DNA of 64,000 nucleotides from Chrysemys picta bellii (Eukaryota), in the NCBI RefSeq assembly GCF_011386835.1, contig NC_088797.1, positions 84,258,001 through 84,322,000 on the forward strand, in the 5' to 3' direction. How positions within the stretch are numbered: the stretch's first letter is position 1; each line of letters begins with the position of its first letter. The notes under the pieces are model-generated. The model was not told where the DNA came from, searched no databases, and saw nothing but the letters and a program-made list of their open reading frames with translations. A program made the translations under genes and the position numbers. Positions 36,422 to 47,200 of the stretch are shown here, piece by piece.

Positions 36422-39298
36422 CTGAGAGATTACAGGTGCTGGTGCTATTACCTTCCCATAACTGCTAACCTCACAGTAAAGTAGTTTAGTGTATTTTTTT
36501 TCCACACAACATAAGCCATCAGCTAGAATCGTTAAATATATTTTAAATATTCATTTTTAGAAAAGGATTCTTATTGGTTTCAGAAAAGGAAGCATCTTTT
36601 GATTAAAAAAAAAGTGTTCATCACAATGTTTCTGGGCTCATGTACATAAATTATTAAAAATAGCACTAATAAGATGGCCTATATCTAACTAAATCTAAAG
36701 AAACAATTTCAATCAGTTATAGACAGATATGTCCCACTAAGCCATAGACAGAACATCTAATGTTTATACAGTATTATTCCTTTGACATATGTGAAGCTGA
36801 CTCATCTAGTCCATTCATCTTCAGGGGACAATGAATGCAACAACTCCACCACCAAGAAGGCGCAAAAGGGACACTCTTGATCACAACAAAGATGTAAATT
36901 TAATTTCCATACTGGATCGCCAATCTTGAAGCAAAATGTGGTGAGTTATATAGGCAGAGTCTGAGGTTACCTGGAATGGGTCCATAGTTGTTACAGCAGT
37001 CATGAGAGCCCAAGTCAACTACAAGGATATGTAATCCAAGAAATGTAAGGTGCAGTAGGACAACCTATGCATCATTGCTATTCTTAATGTAACCATATTC
37101 CACGACTCAAACACAAGGTTAATATTCTCAAATGAAACTATTATTGCATAAGAAAAGCACCTATACCTGAAGTCATAGACAAATAGCTAGAATACCCCAA
37201 GGAACACTCTTAATTCAAACTGAACTAGGTCACTGCCTACAGAGAGTTGAATTAACTAAGGCCTTGATGTATCATCCACTCGTGTATTTATACTGCACCC
37301 ATCAGATATCTGTTCTAAAAGAAAGTCAGACGCCTCTCTCATGATAGATGGTGATCAATTTACTAGTGAACAACTCTGCACTGAACAGCATGGACTGAGT
37401 AGTGTCGCAATCAGCCAGTGCCCTAGGTTTCTGATGGGAGACCTGTGGAATTGCTGACAAAGAATCACACACCTGGTCTGCACCTGAAAAGAGAATCCTT
37501 CTTGCTTGTTTTCCCACCAGCAGCTCTACAACAGGGGTCATAGCATCAAAGTTCTCAGAAGCTTTGACACTATTTTACTTCATAGGAAAAAAGATTTGTC
37601 TCTCACAAGAGGACTGGGAGAACTGGCTCCAATATTAGAGATATATAATAATTATGGATGCAATTTTTACTGAAAGTTACGGGCTTCTTACGGAGGTTTG
37701 ACGTGATCGGGGTGAGGCACAGGACTACTAAAGAAGCAAAAGCAATGCTTAGACTTATGGATGCTGGAAAAAGAGCACATTAGAACAATTATGCATTACA
37801 TTTCCTGAAATATATGGTGTTTAGGAGCATCAGAACACACAGCCACCACTTCTGGCTCTTTCCTACTGTTGGCAAAAGCAATCTTGGAGCACTATATCAT
37901 GTATTTTATTTTCACATACAAGTAATCTGGAAACTCCAATATCCTATCAGTATTTGAATTTTTGCCTTTTGGAGAGAGAGGAAGAGGTAAGGGAGTAGAA
38001 GGATTGAGAGGCAGGAAGGACTGTGGTGCAGTGCTCCCCCCAATTACATAGCTAGAACACAGACATCAAGCAAACATGGAAGTTATAATTTTACTCCACG
38101 TTTCCCCACCAACCTAGGGTCCAGCCCTCCTGGTGGTGGATGCCAGATTAGGGTGAGGAAAAAACTGATTCACTGTGGGATATCTTCACTGCAAAGACGG
38201 TCATAGCTATGGTGAAACGAGTGGATAGCTCCCTCAAAGCCTCCAACCTTTCCTCTTTACTCGCCCCTAATAGATCCAGTTGCAGAAATAGCTTTCAGAT
38301 ATCGGGCTATAGGCTCAAGCAGCAATCTACCCAGCCAAGCATATTTTCCCTGTCCTCAAACACTTAGTCCAGCTGTAAGCACATGTCATGGTCTCAAGGA
38401 ACATGTCCTCTGATCCACCTGTCCATGAAAAGGAAGAAAAACAGGAGCATGCTAAAAAGAAAAACTAAAGAAAGATGAAAATACACAAAAAAGCCAAAGG
38501 GGAAAAGAGAACAAACAAAAATATAGGGGAGGGGAAAGAGAGAGAGAATGGACAGTGCGGGGGGGGGGGGGGTGGAATTGGTAGCAACTAAATCAGGGCC
38601 CTCCACAAAGGGACAAGTGGTGTCATCCCCATCTGCCAATACATTGAAAGAAGTGGAGTGGGAATTAATAAAAAAAAAGTTTGTTTTAAAGAGAAGTAAT
38701 AGAATCCACGACTTCCATAACAAAAATCTCTGCCTGAGAATGCTACAAGTTCCTTACCATCAGACTCATTCACCTTTTCTTCAAAGGGAAAAGATGTCCC
38801 CAGAACTACATTTCCCAAATTGGGGGAGGCTACAAAACTGCATCAAAAAGGAGGCTTTGATTGCTACTCAGCAAATTCTAATTATACTCAAGTTCCTTGC
38901 AGATCAGTATAGTTTTGTTTAGGTTAATCATTTAGCAGTCTAAGGCCATTACTAAGAGATATGAGTTGTCTTCTCTAGGGAGGCATATTTAGCAAACAAC
39001 CTAACCTTATAAAACGAAGAGAATTGTCTAAATAGGCCCTACATAGCTTTCAAGTTAAAAATTCGAGTTGAAACAACATACTTCAAATAGCAACTAATAA
39101 ATTACCGCACGAATTATGTTCTCTCAGCAAGTGGAAGAATTCATCATGTTAAATAAAAGCTTTTTTCCCCCTATACCAAATATGCTAATTTCTGTATCAG
39201 AGCAAGTTATGTTTAGCAGTCAAGTTATTCCTTTCTGAAACAGGCTAAAATTGAAACACTAAGTGACCACTACACCCGCACTGTTACAATTCACTTAC

Positions 39299-39381
39299 CT
39301 ATTTTGTTTGACCACAGGAATGTCGGCACCTTTAGGAACCAGCTCTTTTACTTCTGTTGTTCCAAAATTTTCCACAGTGAT
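39299..39381 (-). CDS. HERC4: HERC4 coding exon (83 nt)
   Basis: TTTTAAACAG acceptor; ITVENFGTTEVKELVPKGADIPVVKQN+ag; GTAAGT donor. Confidence 0.95.
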
Positions 39382-39447
39382 CTGTTTAAAATTAAAACGC
39401 AGAGTACACTTCATTCACTGTTCCAAAAGACCATTTCCCTCAATTCA

Positions 39448-39720
39448 GGGCAGGTCTACACTACTGCCTAAGTCGATCTAACTTACGTTGCTCGGGGGTG
39501 CAAAAAAGCACCCTCTCCCCGAGCAACACAAGTTTTGAGCTGCTCACACTGGTGCTATGTCGGCAGGAGATGCTCTCCCACCGACGTAGCTTACGCTTCT
39601 CGATGAGGTGGAGTAATTACGCCAAAGGGAGAGCACTCTCCTGTCAGCACAGCACGTCTTCACCAGATGTCCTACAGAGGTGCAGCTACACCAATGTAGC
39701 GCTGTAGTGTAGACTTGCCC
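39448..39720. mobile_element. Harbinger-type MITE (273 bp)
   Basis: TIRs GGGCAGGTCTACACT / AGTGTAGACTTGCCC with a 3-bp TSD TCA. Confidence 0.88.
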
Positions 39721-39890
39721 TCAGCCATGGGCAGTGTTTCACAATCAGCTTAACATTAAAATACCAACTGAATGCAAAATTCTAATAGGAGAGCAGCTAG
39801 TGTTTTTGGTAACACATATTCTGCTAGAGGTAATCATAATGGATAGTGAAAGCGACATGTAAAATACTTAAAAAAAATTCAAAAGCTTAC

Positions 39891-39957
39891 CGTAAAGTTG
39901 AGACAAAATGTCTCCTCTATGTCATCTTCTGGATAGTCCAGTAACTGCTGCATACTT
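39891..39957 (-). CDS. HERC4: HERC4 coding exon (67 nt)
   Basis: TTTTGCAG acceptor; a+SMQQLLDYPEDDIEETFCLNFT; GTAAGC donor. Confidence 0.95.
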
Positions 39958-41432
39958 CTGCAAAACATTACATTTTGTCTTCATCTTAATGCATTGAAAA
40001 ATTAACATATGTTGAGTATGTGTTCTCAGTATTTTGTCAGTTCTGTATCTTTCTACAGTTATCTTCTTTGAATTTCTCACTTAGATGACTAGCATTTAGA
40101 AGTGCAAAGTTAGGAAACCCTCCACTGATTCATGTTTCATTTAAGTTGAAATGCACCACAAAGCTTGGTGAACATTTTCTTGTTTTCCCTTCATTTCTGA
40201 GAGGCCTTAATTCCTTCCAATTGTCTACTCTAGAAGCAAGGTGAGAGGGTTCTTATTTTGGAGTTGGAAAGGAGCAAGAGGGCTCACAGAATAGGAAAAG
40301 AGGTAGGGTACTGAGAGAAGTAGAATGATAGCAGCCTGATCCTTCGTCTCAGTACCTGAAATATATGTTTCAATACTGTTTATGGAGTAAGTGAAAAGTC
40401 TATAGAAGAAGAAAATATTTAGTAATAAAAGGCAAGTTCTACAAAAAGTCTCTCATTGACTTCAATGGGAGCTCAGCATTTCAAAATCCATTCAAGCTTA
40501 CTTACGAAACTAAATATAGATTTAGGAGCTTAAACTTTAGGTCCTCTTTTTAAACTTTGCAATGGGATTTATATTGTTGAATTCTGATTCCTCATTTTGA
40601 TATGACCTTATATGCCATTACATTTCTTAAAATATTTTCTTTAACTCTTTTTCATTCCTAGCAATCTGGCTTTAGACCTAGGCATAACACAAAAGACGGC
40701 ACATATTCCTTTGATTGATGGAAGATGGCAGAGCTGCAACTCAAAAATATATCTTAATCTCCCTTAATTGCCTTGCACATGTCGAACAGAGGTGGATGGG
40801 AACATGGGACACTACAGTTATGAGCCATTGAGGAAAATGTATAATAGCCCATCAAGGACCTTTGGATCCTCCTCAAAAGAGTATGGTTTGCCAACTGATC
40901 AAAATGTTGTGTTTTATTTTTGTTTAATGAAGATGGGAACAATATACACACATTAAAAATAAATGGTTTTCTCTGAATTTTCTGGTCTCAAATACTCCAA
41001 AAATTGATATTAACTATATATCCTCAAATGAAAAAAAAGTTCAAATTCATAACATGTACTTGTTTTTGAAATATGCAAATCAATATGTCCTCATTAGAAA
41101 CTGAATAAATTGCCTAAAACAGATTATGTTCAAAGTAAGATGAGTTGTATTTACAACACACACATCTGAACCTAAAAATTTCAAAATTTGGGGACATTAA
41201 GTTCCAAACAGGAAAGAATTCTTAATCCCAAACCTAAGCATCTGAAACTATATAAAACAGTAGCGTAAATCCAAACTCAACTTTTAAGCCTAACTAGTAT
41301 AGTTAGAGCTTTTTGTCTATTTATTGAGATATTATTTATTCAATTTCTTGTACATTACAGGAAACTACATCGTGCATTTAATAAGAAAGATGATACACTG
41401 GTTATCCTGTCATTCAATTTATATCGGCTCAC

Positions 41433-41599
41433 CTGCCAACATCAGGCATTAACTCTTTTAAGTCATCTAGAGAAGGCTTCTTATTCAACAGCTTCTTGTA
41501 CAAAGCCAAGGGGAACTGAAGGTCCACAATTGTAAAATTATATATTGCGAGCCCACAGACAACACCAATCAAATGGAACAAGTCACTGTCTTCAAAGGT
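41433..41599 (-). CDS. HERC4: HERC4 coding exon (167 nt)
   Basis: TTCATAG acceptor; [55 protein letters not shown]+ag; GTGAGC donor. Confidence 0.96.
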
Positions 41600-42048
41600 C
41601 TATGAAGAACAGAAAATACAAGAGTTAAGAGTTAAAACATTTGTCAACTGAAAAAAAAGTTCAGATTTTTAATAGGTTTATATTCTATTTCATTTACATT
41701 TCCTATAAACAAAAATATAATCTTATTTCACAGACACTGTTAAAACAGGTACGTTTTTAACCAGTTGAGTAAGACTGAAATCCAAGGAGAAAAAACGGTT
41801 ACCTAACCTTTCGTAACTGTTCTTCAAGATGTGTTGCTCAGGTCCATTCCATTCTAGGTGTGTGCACGCCCATGTGCACAGTTGTCGGGACTTTTGCCTT
41901 AGCGGTATCCGTAAGGCTGGCTGTGGCACCTCCAGGAGTGCTGCGTTCATGCATTGGTATATCAGGCGCCACAGGCTCTACGCCCTCTCAGTGCCTTCTT
42001 GTCAGCAACTCCGAGAGGGGCAAGTAATGGAATGGACATGAGCGACAC

Positions 42049-43140
42049 TGACCTGTCTTTCCATATTCTTTATGGAAATATGCTTATGATATGAATGACA
42101 TAACTGAGATAAACTTCATGCAAGATGGCTCATGTGAGCTATCACTAGAAAGTTTATGATTAACTGAATGCGATTATCCTATTTGTATGCATATATCATT
42201 TCTGTATCTGAAATTAGGAATAGTGACTGTATCTGTATTTCAACTATGTTACTTTGGGTGACGGCCACTGCCAACACTTCAGATACAACAATAGAAAAGC
42301 CAGACAGGGCGGATGGCCCATCAACAGGGACAATGGACTGTAAAAGAGCTTAGTCTTCCTGTGAAGAATGGCTACAAAGGTACAGAGTCAGGTGGTCTTG
42401 TCACCTGATACTAAAACATTATCTGGGACTTCTTGTAACTTTCCACTGTAAGGGACGGGGAGTCAAACTAGAAAACGAAAGACTCCCGCCTTATGCAAAT
42501 CCTATTTAAGGGTGGGGAGTGAGGTAATCCTGGTCGTCAATTCTCCCCTGCTACCCCACCCAAGATGATTGCTGGGAACAACTAAGACCGACCGGGGGAA
42601 AGAACTTGGTCCAGGCTGGAAGGGCGTCTGGTCTGTGAAGAAGTTTATTAGAACCACATTTAGGGTGAGAACTCACATGTAACCAGTGTATTAAGCTTAG
42701 TTTGCGTGCTCTGTTTTATTTTCTTAGTAAACTGCCTTGTTCTGTCTGCTACCTCCTTAACTACTTAAAATACACCTGTTATAGTTAATAAATTTATTTC
42801 TGGTTTATAATACAACCCACTGTATATGATTTCTAACTGGGGGGGGCGGGAAGGGAGGGGCGAGAAATTGTGCATACCATCTTCCACATTGAGAGAAGAG
42901 GTGAATATAATAGATCTTTGGGTCTGTACTCCAGGGGAGGTGGACATCTGAGTGCTGGAGCAAGTCCCGCACGCTAAGTCTTCCCAGAGCTGGTGGGTGG
43001 GTGTGGGTGTGTTTTTTACAGGAGATTTTAAGAGCCTGGCTCAGCAAGACAGGTTAAAGGGGGCCCACACTGGCAGAACACGTTAACTCTGTGGTATCTC
43101 AGCACATCAGGTGACTTCCCAAGGGGTCCAACCCATTACA
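42049..43140 (+). mobile_element. Solo LTR (1092 bp) inserted in the ICR of DIRS #4
   Basis: Begins TGACC and ends ATTACA, with AATAAA at ~42787. The ICR sequence GAGCGACAC|ACACGTCTCAAAGAAC resumes after it (ACAC duplicated, plus an extra GT). Confidence 0.8.
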
Positions 43141-44727
43141 GTACACGTCTCAAAGAACAGTTATGAAAAGTAGGTAGCTGTTTTTTCTTCAAGTGTTTGC
43201 TCATGTCAATTCCATTCTAGATGGCTCACAAACAGTATTCCTGGAGGTGGGCTCAGAGTTCACAGTTGAGCGGCTTGTAATACCACTCTACCGAAGCCAG
43301 CGTCATCTCGGGCTTGCTGGGTAAGCACATAGTGAGATGTGAACATATGGATGGATGACCACGTGGCAACCCTGCAGATATCAGAAATTGGCACACGGGC
43401 CAGGAAGGCCGCCACCGAGGCTTGTGCTTTAGTTGAGTGGACTGTTACGATCGCTGGTGGAGGTACCTTTGCCTGATCATAGCAAAATTGGAAGCAGGTT
43501 GTGATCCAAGATAAAATTCTCTGGGTGGACACTGGATGACCTTTTATCCTATCTGCCACCGCAACGAACAACTACGTCGACTCGCAAAATGGCTTGGTCC
43601 TCTCAATGTAGAAGGCTAGCGCTCTCCTGACATCTACGGAGCTCAACCTACATTCCTTCTCGGACGTATGAGGCTTTAGGCAGAAAACTGGCAAGAATAT
43701 GTCCTGGCTTGTGTGAAATTGGAAACCACCTTCGGCAGGAAAGCCGGATGTGGCTGCAACTGGACCTTGTCCTTGAAGAACACCGTATACAGCGTCTCCA
43801 ATGTAAATGCCCTAATCTCGGAGATCCTTCGGGCAGAAGTTATCGCCACCAGGAATGACATCTTCCAGGAGGGCAGAAGAAGGGAACAGAATGCCAAGGG
43901 CTTGATGGGAGTTTTCATGTGCCACGCAAGTACCAGATTCAGGTCCCACGGGAGGACTGGGACCCAGACTTGGGGGTAGAACCATTCCAGACCTTTTAAG
44001 TACCGGACCGTCATGCAACCCTGGAGCTTGAGATGCATAAGGCAGTCCAGAATCAGCTGCAGCGAGGCCTGCTCAGGCTAACCACTTGGGCCGAGGCCCA
44101 GCACGTGAATCGTTTCCATTTGATGAGGTAGGTTGCTCTAGTGGAGGGCTTTCTATTCCTCAGTAGGACCTGTTGGACTCGGGTCGAACATTCCCACTCC
44201 TCAGTAGTTAACCATGGAGCAACCAAGCTGTGAGGTGGAGTGCTGCCAGATTTGGGTGCAGGAACTGGCCATGATTCTGTGACAGGAGATCCGGCCAGTG
44301 GGGCAGTGGCATTGGGATCATCACTGACAGGTCCATGAGCGTGCTGAGCACTTTTGCTGGCGAGGCCAAGCCAGGGCTATTAGGATAATCTTGGCCTTGT
44401 CCTGCTTGATCTTCATGAGGACTTTGTGAAGCAGTGACACCAGTGGGAAAGCTTACATCAGAGCCCCCAACCAAGGAAATAGAAAGGTGTCCAACAGGAA
44501 GCCCCTGTTGACCCCCCAAAATGAGCAGAACCGGTGGCACTTCCTGTTCTGGCGAGTCACGAACAAGTCCACCTGGGAAGATACCCACTTTCGGAAGGTC
44601 TGCTCAACCACATTGAGGTGGAGAAACCATTTGTGGCGAGACGAGAAGGTTCTGCTGAGGCGATCTGCCAACATGTTCCTGGTTCTGGGGAGGTGCGTTG
44701 CCATGATATGAATGGCATGCTGCACGC

Positions 44728-44844
44728 AAAAAAAAAAAAAAAAAGATGAGAAATTCTGTCTGTGAGCCCAACAGCCATTTGGGAAAAACCAAGTTAAAGC
44801 CTTAGTAATAGTAATAATAACTAACATTGCATGCATGAAAAAAA
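44728..44844 (-). other. Local duplicate of a HERC4 intron/exon junction (source 51244-51342) inserted in DIRS #4
   Basis: Direct alignment to 51244-51342 shows 5 substitutions, one 4-bp deletion and one 3-bp insertion over ~100 bp, preceded by an A17 run. Confidence 0.93.
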
Positions 44845-44904
44845 TCTGAGGGTTTCCTGGCAGAGGGCAGATGGCCTGGCTCTGCCCTGGTTGTTGATAT
44901 AAAA

Positions 44905-45908
44905 CAGGGGTAGGCAACCTTTCAGAAGCGGTGTGCCGAGTCTTCATTTATTTACTTTAATTTAAGGTTTCGCGTGCCGGTAATACATTTTAACGTTTTT
45001 TAGAAGGTCTCTCTCTATAAGTCTATATATTATATAACTAAACTATTGTTGTATGTAAAGTAAACAAGGTTTTCAAAATATTAAAAAAAAAAAAACTTCA
45101 TTTAAAATTAAATTAAAAGGCTGATCTTACGCCACCAGCCTGCTCAGCTCGCTGCCAGCCTGGAATTCTGTTCACCTAGACCGGCAGCGGGCTGAGTGGG
45201 GCCTGACCTCTGAAGCCCCCCACACCCCCAGAAGGGTGGGTGTGGAGGGCTTCAGAGGTCAGGGCAGAGGACTAGGGGTGTGGGGGGGGTGCAGGGCAGA
45301 AGGCTGGGGGTGGGGTGGGTCAGGGCAGAGGGCTGGGGTGTGTGTGGAGGTGCAGTGCAGAAGGCTGAGGGTGGGGTGGGTCAGGGCAGAGGGCTGGGGT
45401 GTGTGTGGAGGTGCAGTGCAGAAGGCTGGGTGTGGGGGAGGTTCAGGGCAGAGGGCTGGGGTGCTCGGCTCGTGGGGGTGCTCCCAGCCCCCTGCCCTCT
45501 GCCCTGAGCGGCTCATGGCAGGGGGCTGGAAGGGATATATCCTGTTCCACCCCCTGCCCCAAGGCCCGTCCCTGCCTCTTCTCTGCCTCCTTTACCCATG
45601 GCCGGCCTTAGCAAGGGGCTACCGCGCGCCGGCTGGAGCTCCGTCCGGGAGAGCCGGGCCGTTGGGCTTTTGCAGAGCAGCGAGCACGGGGCAGGAAAGC
45701 AGGCTGCACCACGGCTGGGGGAAGGAGGGGGGGGGGGAGCTTGGCTGCTGCAGGACAGAGCTTCTACCTCCTGCCCCAGTAGGGGAGAGCAGTGGGTGGG
45801 GGGGGCTGAGTGCAGCTGGGGGTCGGAACCAAGGCAGGCAGCCGTGTACCATTCAAAATTGGCTCCCGTGCCGTGTTTGGCACGTGTGCCGTAGGTTACC
45901 AACCCCTG
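44905..45908. mobile_element. hAT non-autonomous element (1004 bp) nested in DIRS #4
   Basis: TIRs CAGGGGTAGGCAACCT / AGGTTACCAACCCCTG and a perfect 8-bp TSD ATATAAAA (44897-44904, 45909-45916). Internal G-rich tandem repeats lie at ~45260-45460. Confidence 0.92.
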
Positions 45909-46448
45909 ATATAAAACATTGCGGTGGTGTTGTCAGTCAGGACTCGAACCACTTTGCCTTTTAACTGGGACCGAAAAATCTGGCAGGCCAGGCGAACAGC
46001 TCTGAGCTCCCTGACATGTATGTGGAGGTAGCGGTCGACCACTGACCAGCGGCCCTGTGTACTGACCTCGCCCAGGTGGGCTCCCCAGCCTAGGTCCTAG
46101 GCATCGAACACCAGAGTTAGCGACGGGAATGCACAGGGAACTCACTACAACAACGATGCGGGGTCCTGCCATCACGCCAGTGATGCCCAGATGGGGCCCG
46201 ACACGTTTACTACCACGTCCAGGTCATACCTGTTTTACTGGAAACCCGGGAGGTGGGCAGGCACAAGCCCACCCACTTCTAAAGGCCCCTCCCCCAGCCT
46301 AGCAGGAGGGACCACTGGACCCAGGGACCAAATGAATGCGGGGGACAACAAATGAGAAAGCCAGAGAGTGAGGTGAAGGTCATAGGTTTAAAACGAGGGT
46401 ATCAGATAGGGACACCGAGCAGAGAACCTTGTCGTGCCTGATGGGGAT

Positions 46449-47200
46449 TTAGACCAACGCCAACCACACCTGCCGCAGCCAGAGGTGTAGCCAGGCATGA
46501 CGGACCACATAAGTACAAGCAGCCATGTGGCCTAGCAGCCGCAGGCAAGTATAGGCAGTGGTGAGCGGGTGGCCCCTCACATCTGACATGACTCGGAAAC
46601 GGGGCTCTGGAAAGAATGCCCTAGCCTGTGTGGAATCAAGAACCGCCATGATAAACTCTATCCATTGCACTGGTACAAGGGTCGATTTATTTTTGTTCAC
46701 TAACAGGCCCAGGTCGTGGCATGTGGACTGCACCAGATTGAGGCTGCTCTGCACTTGATCCCGTGATCTGCCCTTGATGAGCCAATCGTCGAGATAAAGA
46801 TAGACCTGGATCCCCTGACACCGCAGGTAAGCAGTTACTGGGACCATGCATTTTGTAAAGACCCATGGGACCAAGGAGAGGCCAAAGGGGAGCACTGTGA
46901 ACTGGAAATGGTGCTGGCCCACCATAAAACGGAGGAAATGTCTGCATCCTTGGAAGGTAGAGGTATGGAAATAAACGTCTTTCAAGTCAAGAGTGGCGTA
47001 CCAGTCTCTCGGATCCAGGGAAGGAATGATGGAGGCCAGGAACTCCATGCGAAACTTCAACTTCTTGAGGTACTTGTTGAGTCGTCGCAGGTCCAGAATC
47101 GGTCACAGGCTCCATTTTGCCTTCGGGATCAAGAAATAGTGGGAGGAAAAACCTTTCCCCCTCATCTCCAGAGGGACCTCTTCCATCACCCCCAGTTGTA
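46449..47200 (-). pseudogene. DIRS #4 reverse transcriptase remnant
   Basis: WYATLDLKDVYFH...FQFTVLPFGLSLVPWVFTK...QVYLYLDDWLIKG. Confidence 0.88.

Noticed and set aside
38394-38922. Overlapping 109-124 aa ORFs, possibly an L1/Tx1 3' remnant
   Set aside because: No convincing motif; I could not assign the region without a search.
45236-45964. 242-aa Gly-rich ORF and overlapping ORFs
   Set aside because: They arise from GC-rich internal tandem repeats of the hAT element; there is no transposase motif.
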